Below, piece by piece: positions 35,854-48,997 of a DNA stretch of 64,000 nucleotides. Position numbers and translations under genes: made by a program. The DNA comes from Schmidtea polychroa (lineage: Eukaryota). Position 1 is the first letter of the stretch. Each line of letters opens with the position of its first letter. The notes under the pieces were generated by a model that was not told the DNA's origin, ran no database searches, and worked only from the letters and a program-made list of their open reading frames with translations. The stretch lies in assembly GCA_044892525.1 (NCBI GenBank), contig CM097885.1:13456001-13520000 (forward strand), in the 5' to 3' direction.

Positions 35854-38181
35854 AGTAGATGGATAATTCCCTTCCACACCACTACCCCCACCCCTGGAAA
35901 AAATTTTTTTTAACTCGGAATTTTATAACGAACATAAAATTATATGGTCTATATATAGAAAAAATGCATAGTTTCCATGGAAAATGAGCTCCAAAGTCTC
36001 AAACTTCAACATCAAATGCCATAATCTAACATCATTCATATATTATCAAACATAGAAAATCTTATATTATAGAAATAAAATCATATTCTTCAACACATGG
36101 TGAGACAATGAACAAAAGCTTTAATAAAATACTTGGAAAAATATTTTAAAAATATGAAAGTACTTTAAAGTGAAGGTCACACCACTTGACTTAGAAAAAA
36201 TTTTGAAAAATAAAAATGCCTGGATAAATTTGAAAATTTTAAGGTCACAATACTTAGAAATTTTTTATATAAAAATACTTGGAAAAAATCAACAAATTAC
36301 TAGAAAAAATTACAAGAAAAAATCACAAGGAATATTTACAAAATATTTCCAAATCACAAAATCCCCAAAATAAATTTCCCAACTCAAAAAATTCCCAAAA
36401 TTTAATAAGTCTCAAAATTAATTTTCCTAAATTTTCCCAACTCAAAAATTTCCCAAACTTTAAAAAGTCCCAAAATTTTCCCAACTGAAAAAAAAAATTC
36501 CTAAACTTTATAAAGTCTCAAAATTAATTTTACCAAATTTTCCCAACTCAAAAATTTCCCAAAATTTTAAAAGTCCCAAAATTATTTTCCCCAAATTTTC
36601 CCAAAATTTAAAATGTCCCAAAAATAAATTTCCAAAATTTTCCCAACTCAAAAAATTCCCAAAATTACCCAAAGAAAAATTTTAAAAAGGTACAAAAAAT
36701 TAAAATCTAATTTTGTTCGCTGCAAAACGGAATTTCACGTGTACGCATATGAAGGTCTTAATTGAAAACTCGAAATCCTAAAAATAATAACCAACTCTCA
36801 ACTTAGGATCGCTTATTTCTAACTTCTGTGTAATTTTGAATTCATGAAGCAGAAAATTTGAGATTAAATCCAGTCATCAAACAACAGAAAATTTTGAACC
36901 AGCATTAGTTTGTTTTCATTGCTTCAAATGTTTTGATTTATATATATTTTTCATATTTAAAAGATCAAAAATTCAAAAATATTGATGTTAAAAATCAATT
37001 TTTCTCTATAATCATCAAATAATTTTAAAATCAGGAAAATTACAAAAACATATCTGTTTTAACTTATCAACATTTCAAATTTGGATAATTTTGTATGATT
37101 GAATTGAATTGATAGGCTGCCATCTAAAGGTATAATTTATTTTGTACCAATGATCAAAATGGCCGGAGTATCAAACAGTATATTGCTCAATAAGATCCTA
37201 AATGATTGTAACATTAACACTTGAATAAATAAAAAAAATCATTTACATTATTTCTATTTAGAGTTTCAAACAAATCTTCGTCATTAATTAACTTAATAGA
37301 TTCAATAATAATCTTTATCACACGCAAGGTATTGGATTTCATGACATGAGCAACTTTTTGAACATGTACTGAATCCTAAGTATCCAACCAGCTGTCGTAG
37401 TCAGTCACCATTGCCTAAGATGCATAACATAAGCTTAATTCTTTTGGTTAAGAATCACTTCAGGAACTGTAGTCACATTGATAACAGAAGCTACCATTTG
37501 ATTCCAAAACTTTGACTAAAATTTCAAAGAAAACCTTGGTCATTCTATGGTAACAAATGTTCCAGATTTATGGACTTCCTCACATACTTGTGCAGCAGCC
37601 TTTATCAATATCAAACAAACATTGAAAATATTTTGAATTGGGAAATTTATTTTGGGGATTTTGTGATTTGGAAATATTTTGTAAATATTCCTTGTGATTT
37701 TTTCTTGTAATTTTTTCTAGTAATTTGTTGATTTTTTCCAAGTATTTTTATATAAAAAATTTCTAAGTATTGTGACCTTAAAATTTTCAAATTTATCCAG
37801 GCATTTTTATTTTTCAAAATTTTTTCTAAGTCAAGTGGTGTGACCTTCACTTTAAAGTACTTTCATATTTTTAAAATATTTTTCCAAGTATTTTATTAAA
37901 GCATTGTTCATTGTCTCACCATGTGTTGAAGAATATGATTTTATTTCTATAATATAAGATTTTCTATGTTTGATAATATATGAATGATGTTAAATTATGG
38001 CATTAGATGTTGAAGTTTGAGACTTTGGAGCTCATTTTCCATGGAAACTATGCATTTTTTCTATATATAGACCATATAATTTTATGTTCGTTATAAAATT
38101 CCGAGTTTAAAAAAATTTTCTCCAGGGGTGGGGGTAGTGGTTTGGATGGGACATGGTGTGGAAGGGACATATCCATCTACT
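35854..38181. mobile_element. Non-autonomous Polinton-like element, ~530-bp TIRs
   Basis: AGTAGA...TCTACT ends, GAAATG on both flanks (6-bp TSD), 35854-36382 mirrors 37638-38181. Confidence 0.85.
36360..36680. repeat. Degenerate TTCCCAA(A/C)-rich subterminal tandem repeats
   Basis: Repeated TTTTCCCAACTCAAAAATTTCCCAAA units. Confidence 0.8.
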
Positions 38182-38771
38182 GAAATGCTACAATTTTTCA
38201 CAACAATAATCACAATTATAACACAAACTCTTTCATAGTTTACTTATTGGCAGGTGACCATCATAAACTAGTATGAATCTGATCTAACAAGAATAATCAA
38301 AACAATAACGCTACTCTCCTTAAACTTGTCGAACCTTTTCATTATAATTATTTAATGGTATCTTAATAGAAAACGTCCTAAGGCCTTAATGGTAATTTGA
38401 CTAAATCTCCTGTACTTTATATAGAGCTCACTACTCTTCAATCAATCCCATCATCAGTAATTTCTATCTAATGATTTCCAATGTCTTTTTAGCTTTATTC
38501 GTTTTTTTAGCCATAAATTTCTATTTATAGTGCTCGAAGATTATATAAAAAATCATCAAATTTCCTTATTTCTATGTTATCCTTACTCATGTCAATCTCA
38601 TCTTGTCAGATTTTGGTTTTCCAAATTTAGCACATGTGAAATATTATTAAATATATTAAATAAATAATTAAATAAATAATTAAATAAATAGAAATAAAAT
38701 AAAATATTAAATGAAAGTATATTGTGGGTTACTGTCGTATACCAATTCATTATGACTACATTACTCTACAC

Positions 38772-39575
38772 CAGGGGTGTCAAACCCATTTGACCCTTTG
38801 GGCCATATTAAATTTTGCAAAAATAATTTGGGCCACATTGTGATTATAAACATTATACGTTGAAGCATGTTTTTAAAAATAATGCCGTTTTAAATTATAA
38901 TCTTTAAAAACAACTACGGTATCTCTACAAATTAAACAAAACGCCTTATTTTTCGACTCGATAAAAAAATATAGCTCGGTCCAGTTTTTATTGAATAATC
39001 TTCTTTATTCAGCAAATTTTTATTTTTTACTTCTTGAAGATGCCATGCTAAATTTTGAACAAAATAATTTATTAAATATCTGTAAGAAAAAAATGTTTGT
39101 AAGAATTGTAACTGTAAATAGAAATACTTACTTTCTGTCTTCCAAATTATATGTTACTAATTTTACATGAAATGAATCAACACGTTCGTGCGTATTAGCG
39201 TAATAATGTTAGAATAATGCACACGCCGTGTACGTACGAAATTAAACTTATCGCGCAGTCGCATTTTGCATTTTAGTCCTAATTCCAGAAGAAAAACAAT
39301 CTAGTTGAAGCCTGTTTGTGTATTATTGTACTTTAATAGTATTTTTATTTATTTCCTGTTATTGGAGTATTTAATTTCCAGGAAAGTAAATGTTATTAAA
39401 ACAAACGTAAAATTCCCATCCATATTCAGTATATGGAACATTTAAATATGATGTAAATATACTGATACATATATTTTGTAAAGTTTTTGGAATTTTATGT
39501 GAAAAATATTACTTTTTTAATTTTACTTTGGGCCAAAGAGAAAAGTATTTTGGGCCGCGTGTTGGACACCCCTTG
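38772..39575. mobile_element. Non-autonomous hAT-like element
   Basis: CAGGGGTGTCAAAC..GGGCC / GGGCCGCGTGTTGGACACCCCT ends; TSD not preserved. Confidence 0.6.
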
Positions 39576-40359
39576 GTTAAGACGTTTTACGTCATTTACA
39601 AACCCTTTTATTTGATCCTGTCGTAAAATGCAAAACTCCGCATTATGTAATTCGCGATTCTCAATTCTTTCTCTGTGTATTTTATATTGCTTTCATTCAT
39701 CCTCTTGTTCTTCGCAATTTTCACAGAATTCATTTCCCAGACACGAACTCTTAATAATCTTTTCCAACATGAATACGTTTTTGGAATCAAGCAGTTCTTA
39801 CTTTGCGTTACCCTTTTCAGTTCATTTGTCTTGATGACATTGTCATTTAACCTACTCATTTTATGTTTTCATCTTTATTAATAATTGCTTTTTCAGATAT
39901 AAAAAATGTTACACCATCCACCATTTGTTAAAGCGTTCTGTTCCTTTTATAGATATATATTTTAATAGCCTATCTACAGAGTTATTTTCAGTGGGTATAT
40001 AACGCAACGGACTAGCTTCTGTTATCCATTTAATGGTTCTCTTATCCTTTTTCGTACAAATATCTTATATCAAAGGTCGCTCTAAGGAGTGGCATTTTGA
40101 CTGTTAATGTAACAAAATATTGATAAGTTAATCAAAATTTATACTTTTTTTGTTTAAAGTCACGATGCAATTTACATTTCTTATTTATTGTTACCTTCAG
40201 AAAGAAACATAAGTATTGTACACTACTTTTTTATTCTTTGTAAATTTTGTAATAGCAATAATAAAAATTAAAACAGTAGGTAGTTAGTAGCTCTCTGAAA
40301 CACTCCCTCTAGGAAAAAATTTTGTTTTAGTAATTTTGTTTTGCTCACGATTATGTAAT

Positions 40360-40985
40360 TGATTTTTTCTGACTTTAGTTAAGGGGTCTCGATTGAACCT
40401 GAGAATTTCAATAAAAAATCCGATACTCACTAAAAAAGCATGGATTTTTTGACTAGATTGAGTGGGTCTCGATTGAACCTGGTATTTTCAATTCAAAATC
40501 CGACTATCACTAAAAAAGCCATAGTAATTTAAAGTCTCAGGGTATTTTCAATACAAAAAGGGTGTCCTAAATAAAAAAGTATAGCAGATTAATGATAATT
40601 AAGGTTGGTCTCCTTGGTCCTGTGATTATCAATAAAAATATCATTCTACGTTAAAAATCCAAGGATTTCTGACTATAGTGAGGGGTCTCCTTGATCCTGA
40701 GAATTTCTATACAAAATTCAATTCTCGATAAAAAGCATGGAATTTTTCTAAGTATTTGATTGTTGGTCCTTGAGTTTTCAATACAAAATCCGACTATCAC
40801 TAAAAAGCATGGATTTTTCTGAATATAAATAGGGTGAGTCTCCTTGGTCCTGGGATTTTCAATACAAAATCTGACTATAACTAAAAAGCATGGATATTTC
40901 TAAGTATAATTTAGGTGGGTCTCCTTTGCCCTGAGATTTTCAATGCAAAAGAAGTCCTCAATAAAAAAAAGCATGGTAATTTAAG
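40360..40985. repeat. Degenerate ~60-bp tandem array
   Basis: About 10 units of GGTCTC..TTG..CCTG.G..TTT.CAATA.AAAATCCGACTATCACTAAAAAGCATGG. Confidence 0.8.
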
Positions 40986-41159
40986 AATAAATAGGTAAAT
41001 TATGGTTTAAAATTTTAAATTAAAGTAAATTGGGGGTTTAAAAATTTGAATTAAAGTAATCAATGGGCTCAAATAAATAAAGTAAAGCAAATTAAGAGTC
41101 TAAAAACTGAATTAAAGTAAATTAAAGTAATATTATTGCACTAATTAATATTTAATCAC

Positions 41160-43110
41160 TTATATTTCCCTTACAATTATTTCTTTTAAAAATGTAATAA
41201 ATATTTATATGAAATTGATAATTTTTAGTAAAATTTTTTAGTAAAAATTTTAATTAATTTAATTAATACACATCCGTTCTTATCCACCTTCATCTTATCA
41301 ATGTCGCTTCTCAGTATATTTTCATTTAGCAATCATACCTCCAATTTTAACTCCAACTATACCAATTTCCTCACTTTAATGAAGATTCTTACCACCAGAA
41401 AATAATATTGTTAGTCTTTTCTCTGTTTAAAGAATAATTATCATTCGATTTTACGCTGCTTACCAATTTAGAATAAGATTTTTTATCAAAGTTCTTAATT
41501 TTGTGATAATTTGACTGATTCAATAAATAGTTATTGTTAATTTGTTTTATTATATATAGTCTGAGTTTATCCGACAGGATGTTTTGTCCCCCTATGGGTA
41601 CTTGTCGTAATGGTACTGGTCATAAGGGTACTTGTTGTAAAGGCACAGGTATTCAATTTTAATGATTTTATTTGAATGATTATTTAGGCAAATTTGATGT
41701 TTAAGGTATTCATTGGTAATTTTTAGAGTTGATGATTTTAGGAAATGTTTAACCTATCATTTTTGTGAATTTCATGTTGATTGAAAGAATATTTAAAAAT
41801 TTAAGATTTTAATGGTGATTTTAATTGAAATTCTTGATTTGTTATATTTTTATTGACTTGTTTTTTAATTTAATTTTAAATAAAAATTATTTTTAATGAC
41901 AGGTTGATAATTAGAGTTTTTACAATAATCAAGTGATAGGATAAATTTTGATGATGATGACTTTGTAATGATATTGAATTTGACTAAATAATTTTTTGAA
42001 TAATTTTCTAAGAATATTTCCATTTATACATTGATGAACTTTTAAATATTAAAAATCATAAGCTACGAAGCCAATTAACTTTATCAAGGACAGATAAAAT
42101 ATATTTGAAATTTACTTGAAAATTAATGTAGAATATACTGAAATTTGTGATTTAGTTTGAAAGATGCTTGAAAATGATTGACTGAATTGATGAAGAATTA
42201 TGATGAATCAATGAGAAATTATCATCTCTAGTTAGGTATTTGATGGTAAATGAGTGAAATATTTGTATGAAAAACAATGACTTTAGTGAATTTTGATCTT
42301 TTAGTGGGCTCTTACTACATGAATTTAGCTACTAAAATCTAATTGAATTGACTTTAATTGACTTAAATCTAAATGGAATTGAGGGATATAGTCGGTTGGA
42401 TTTAGTAGAGGATCGGTTGGATGTTTAAAGGGGTAAAATTATTTGGTAAGGGATTGGTGGGAATCTTTTGAATATTAAAATTGGTAATGTTCTTATTGGA
42501 AATGTTTTAAGGGAAATTACAATAAGGGAAATAGTGAATCAATAATAGTTTCTGTGTGAAATTATATCGTTTTATTAGGTTGTGAATAATGCACAGTAAA
42601 TTAATTTAGATTTATGGTTTAGAACAATGTTTTATTAATTTTCCATTAATTATCCAGAGTTTAATTAAGTAGGGTTAATGACCCTTAACTTGATTTTGAC
42701 AATGAAATCTTTAGAGATAATTGGGATTGATATCAGCTTAAAATTATTTTTATCTTAATTTAGGCGGACAATGACAAAAGTTGAGAAATATAGAAAACAG
42801 AATGTTGGACATTAACTAAAGAAATTGATCTTTATTGGAGGAAATTTATCATGTGATTTTAATTAGAAATTAAATCGGTTGAATATCGGTAAAATATGAC
42901 CATTTGAACCAGTTCATAAATATCTAGTTATTAGTACCTGGTTGTTGGTATATGGTTGCTTGTTGGTTGTTAGTATCTAGTTATTGGGGAAGTGGGGGTT
43001 GAGTGTGACCAATACCCTTACGACCAATACCCACAAGGGGAAAAAACATCATGTCGGAAAAACTCAGAGTATATATAATAAAACGAATTAACAATAACTA
43101 TTTATTGAAT
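41160..43110. repeat. Older diverged copy of the sequence found at the centre of the 14.6-kb palindrome
   Basis: 41365-42890 is collinear with 51034-52500 (e.g. CTTTAATGAAGATTCTTACCACC, TAGTGGGCTCTTACTACATGAATTTAG). 41518-41620 mirrors 43010-43110. Confidence 0.8.
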
Positions 43111-43244
43111 AAGCATGCAATTATTACTTTGCAATAATAAGTCAGTACGGATGTTAGTAGTATGATGTGTCCCCTCCCGGCCATGTCCCCTCCAGATCAC
43201 ATATACCCCCTCCCCCCCCCCGGGAAAAAATTTCATTTTTTTTT

Positions 43245-43660
43245 TAGAACGATGCCTAATATTTTTAGAACTATTACGTAATCAATGCCTAATATTTTTA
43301 GAACGATGCCTAATATTTTTAGAACTATTACGTAATTTTTTTTAAATTAAGTGATCCAGCGGGGACCTACTTTTTTTCATCCCAAAAATTATTGTTCCCG
43401 CCAACATATTATATTGATCGATAGCTTATTTTAAAGCTCTGTGCAAGAACTTTCTAATGAGATATAGATTTTTATCATACGATGACTCATCACATTTTTA
43501 GAACAAAGACAATGACTCATCACATTTTTAGAATGATGTCTAATATTTTAGAATGATGCCAAATATTTTTAGAATGATTACGTCATATTTTTAGAACGAT
43601 GCCTAATATTTTTAGAACTATTACGTAATCGACGCCTAATATTTTTAGAACGATGACTCA
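43245..43660. repeat. ~21-bp subterminal tandem repeats (GATGCCTAATATTTTTAGAAC); also at 44190-44400 and mirrored in the right arm
   Basis: Directly visible. Confidence 0.85.
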
Positions 43661-43896
43661 TACGATGACTCATAAATTATTATTATTATTCAAAATATTA
43701 TTAGTGATCTAGCGGTGACCTGGTTTTCGTTTGCCCAAAACTTAATGTTCCCATCATCCGAATTTATTTATCTATAGCTCATTTTAAAGCCCAGTGCAAG
43801 ATTTATCTACTGATATATAAATATTATTATCATCATTATTATGGGTAAAGATATTAACGGCCGCGCGAAAGATGTTATTTTCAAAGTTTTAATCAA

Positions 43897-44023
<127 letters not shown>

Positions 44024-44054
44024 GGTAAAGATATTAACACCCGCACGAAATATG

Positions 44055-44092
<38 letters not shown>

Positions 44093-44536
44093 TATAGTCA
44101 GAGTTTATCCGACAAGATATTCTGTCCCCCTATGGGTACTGCTCATATCGGTAATGGTCAAAAGTCATTTTTAAAACAAAGACAATGACTCTTCATATTT
44201 TTAGAACGATGCCTAATATTTTTAGAACGATGTCTATTATTTTTAGAACGATGCCAAATATTTTTAGAACGATGCCTAATATTTTTAGAACGATTACGTC
44301 ATACTTTTAGAACGATGCCTATTATTTTTAGAATGATGCCTAATATTTTTAGAATGATTACGTCATACCTTTAGAACGATGCCTAATATTTTTAGAATTA
44401 ATAATTTTGTTTTAATTATCGATGATTATATAATTTTGTTTAAATCATTGATTATATAATTCTTTTGTTTTAATTATCGAATACGTAATAATATAATTTT
44501 GTTTAAATCGTTGATTACATATTATTATTTTCTAAG

Positions 44537-44590
<54 letters not shown>

Positions 44591-44712
44591 CATATATACA
44601 CCGAGTCTATCCGACAAGATATTCTGTCCCCCTATGGGTACTGTACACAAGGGTACTGCTCACACTCAATATGTCGTAAATTATTATTATTATTATTTCA
44701 AATACAAGTTCA

Positions 44713-44782
<70 letters not shown>

Positions 44783-45144
44783 TATTATTACGCGCACGGG
44801 GAATATTATTATCATATATACTCTTAATCTATCCGACAAAATATTCTATCCCTTTATGGGTATTGCTCATGTGGGTAATGGTCAAAGGTGTACTACTCAC
44901 ATTCAACATGTCTCAAAGGGTATAATATAATTATTATTAAATTCTGACCAACTTAAATCAATGAAGGGGTAGAACAAAAATATATTAAGTTGCGGTATTT
45001 TAAATTTAAAAATATTTTAAAAACTTATTTTGACACTAAAGTTTACTTAATTAACAAAGACATAATTATTGCACATGCTTTGCATAAATATTATTATTTT
45101 TTAAATTTTCAATATTTTCTTTTAAAGTATTAACACGCGCGGGA

Positions 45145-45212
<68 letters not shown>

Positions 45213-45662
45213 CAATATTAAAAACCTAAAATATTTTTACACACACACACATGCACAACTCATTAACCATTATTATTATCATTATTAGTGAAAAATCTAA
45301 AATATGGTTTACTCACACAACCCATTAACCATTATTATTATTATTATTATCAATATTAAAAACCTAAAATATTTTTACACACACACATACAACTCATTAA
45401 ACTTATTATTATTATTATTATTATTGCAAATATTAGTCAAAAACCTAAAATATTATTTACACTCACACAACCCATTAACAATTATTATTATCAATATTAG
45501 TGAAAACCTAAAATATTTTCTACACACACACACACAACCCATTAACCATTATTATTATTGCAAATATTAGTCAAAAACATAAAAACACTCATAAACCATT
45601 ATTATTATCAATATTCGTGAAAACCTCAAATATTTTTTACACACATATACAACCCATTAAAC

Positions 45663-45737
<75 letters not shown>

Positions 45738-48570
45738 ATTATTATTATTATTAGTGAAAAAACCTTAAATAATTTTTACATACTAAGTTATGGGGTAGAG
45801 TATTATTATGTTTGCAGTATTCTGTGTTTGCCTTTACAGGAAGTTGTCAATAAGGAGCGATAATTTTACACACACATTCTATATACACATACCTTGTTTA
45901 ACATGGGTGTATATACTCCTAGTCTATCCGACAAAATATTCTGTCCCCCTATGGGTATTGCTCACAAAGGTACTACTCACACTCAACATATCGCAAGGGT
46001 ATATTAATTATGGTTAGTAAATAAAACCTATCACACACACTATTTAAACGATAAAAATAAAGACAAGAGAGGACAAGGCAAAGTTTATGCATTTAGTATT
46101 GCCAGGCCTAATGAGCAGTGATCAAATATCTGTGCCTGAAAGACACGGTGGATATTTGTTCGCGTCCACAAGGGTCGTCTGTGCCTCCCCCAAGTGGGGT
46201 CAGAAGAACCTGGGCATTATAGTTTTCCGTACGGAACATTACGCCTAGCATGGGTAGTCAACTACCAGTACATTCGAAACGTATAATTTCAAAATACATG
46301 CGTCATTGGCACTATAACCAAATTAATTAATGTTTTCACTAACACAAATATATATTTACAGAGGCCTCCCACTAGTTGGATTACAACCGCCCACCACGAC
46401 GATCAGCTTGTAAATATATATTAATTAAGGGATAAAGAGGACCCACCCAACCCTATTATATTTAATTTACAAATTTTTCTCGCTCTTCTGTTGGTAATCT
46501 ATCTCAAAATTAATCTCTCCATCAGGCCATTTGATAGTGATTTCATGGAATACATCTTGCGAATTGGACATATTTCTTAGTTTCTGATGTGGTGTCAACT
46601 ATCATTGCTAAAATTTATATTGATTTAAAAGCAATTAACTTACATTATCTAACATTTTATCATCACAAATTAAATTCTGCCTGACTATTAGGCAACTGTT
46701 ATTTGTGGTATACTTTTTCAATGTCATTTCCCACCATAAAACACAGATACCTAAATATAATATATATATTTTAAAGAATTAATTCATGTCTTACATTAAT
46801 AATAATATTCTTCAGGTAGTACTTTACAATATCTAATTGCTAAAACATCGGTTTTTCCCATTTTTCTTGACATTCGTTGAAAGTTTACATAATTTAAGTC
46901 TGATAATTCATGTTGAAGGACACCCACAATCAGCTAATTCATTTAAGAAATCCAGAACATAGCAATGTTTCACCATTTTGTCTGGTTCATTTTCTTCTAT
47001 AATTCATGTTTTAATAAGAAATTTCTAAATCCAGAACATAAGTCATTTAGTGTTTCACCATTTTATCTGGTTCATCTTCTTCATAATTATATAATTCATT
47101 TTCTTCATTACTAAGTAAAATAATTAAAATATTGTAGTAAATTCTTTATTTACTTACTTTATGGATACTAAAACGAAAGAAATAAAGTTATATCAAAAGT
47201 ATATTTAAATAATTTAAATTTAAATAATTTAAATTTAGTTATTTAAAAATATTTAAACAATTTAGTTATTTAAGCATATTTAAACATTAACATTATTATA
47301 TAGTGTAATTTTATGTATTCTAAATTTATTAATAAATATAGTATAATTTTATATAATATTATGTATTGTAAATTTAATATATCCTTCATTTAATTTTTTT
47401 AAATTCAAATATTTATAATGAAGATTCTTTGAATTAAAAAAAAAAATATTCTGTTAGTATTTCCAGGCAGAAAACAACGAATTCAATAATTAAAATCTTA
47501 ATTTTCATGTTGTTAGGGTTGTGGCCAGAATTTAATCGCCATCTAATCGTTTGTTCAAAACATTCAGGTGAGTTGTTATCTGGAAAGTTTCTTTTAGCTC
47601 AGCTTTGTTAAAACACTCACGGTATTTTTGAGGGACGTGACACTGGAAATAAATTAACAATGGGTGGTCTTGCATACATGTTGTTGGTTTGAACTGTTGA
47701 TTTATTTTAGAAATATGTATATTAAAAACATTTAAGGTATCATTCAGTAAAATAATATAGTATTTTTGAATATTTTTAGTTGATTTATAAATAACAGTAT
47801 TTTGATATATCAATAAAGACCATATACTCCTAGTTTATCCGACAAAATATTCTGTCCCCCTATGGGTATTGCTAGCAAGGGTACTGGTCACACTCAACAT
47901 GTCGCAATATTAATCATTTAGAAATTCTTAGGTAATTTAGTGAGATGATCGTGAATATTTTAAATGTAACTTTACACTTATGTCGAGCGACTAATTTATT
48001 GGTTAACTTTGTAGTCATTTAAAGCAAAAATTAATTTATTCATCTAATGTTCGTTACAATAGTTAATAATATGAGAAAAACATGGTCATTATTCATTGAT
48101 AATTTTAAATTCTTTATCATTTAGAGTAAATTTGTTTGAGGCAAAAATAATTAAAGGAGTCATAATAGAAATATGGTTATCATTTATCCAATTAAGGGGC
48201 TTATTAGTTAGAAATATAAAGTAACAATTATTTTCTAATTTAATTAGATGATCATTAGACGTAATATATCTTTGCGAGAAATTTAAGATGTTTGAGTAAC
48301 CAAAACATTGATATTTTGGGTCATCAATTTATGAATAGTGCTTAATTTTCTCATTTTTAGTGATTTAAAATAATATTTAGCAAAGGTAATTTAGCAAAAT
48401 ATCACTTATCCATCCGATAACAATATTCCTTCAATAGATTAACTGATATTCAACCGATTTAATTTCTAATTAAAATCATAAAATTCCTTCAATAAAGATC
48501 AATTTTCTTTAGCCGTTGTCGATTTCCAACTTTTAAGTCAATATTTCTCAAGTTTTGTCACTGATGTCCC

Positions 48571-48997
48571 CAGTGCTCGAAGTGAGGCGGGATAGCCGGG
48601 ATATTATCCCGGCATTGATTATGTAGGCGGAATTGCATCCCGGCACTTCATTTCATATAATCTATAGGTTTATCCCGGTACTTATTTCATTTTATAGGCA
48701 CACAAATACTGCAATTAAGGTCACACATAGTACATCCATATATGTATGTATATATATATTCTATATTCTCTATTCTCTATTCAATTAAGAATTTCCCAAG
48801 CAGCAGTAATGGATAGGTAGGTATATTCTGAAACTTATGATTAAATGGGTGGACACCCACCCCCCAAAAAAAAATTTGTTGGACACCCCCCAAAGTTTTG
48901 CAACACCCCCAACTGAAAATTTCTGCATAAAAGCCTGGAATCCCGGGTGCCACAGCATGCCTATCCCGGCACATATTTTGTTCCACTTCGAGCACTG
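48571..48997. mobile_element. hAT MITE inserted in the left arm only
   Basis: 14-bp TIR CAGTGCTCGAAGTG, 8-bp TSD GATGTCCC; empty site at ~52367-52374 in the right arm. Confidence 0.93.

Noticed and set aside
36700..37630. Possible transposase relic inside the 2.3-kb element
   Set aside because: No motif could be recognised with confidence; needs tBLASTx or an HMM search.
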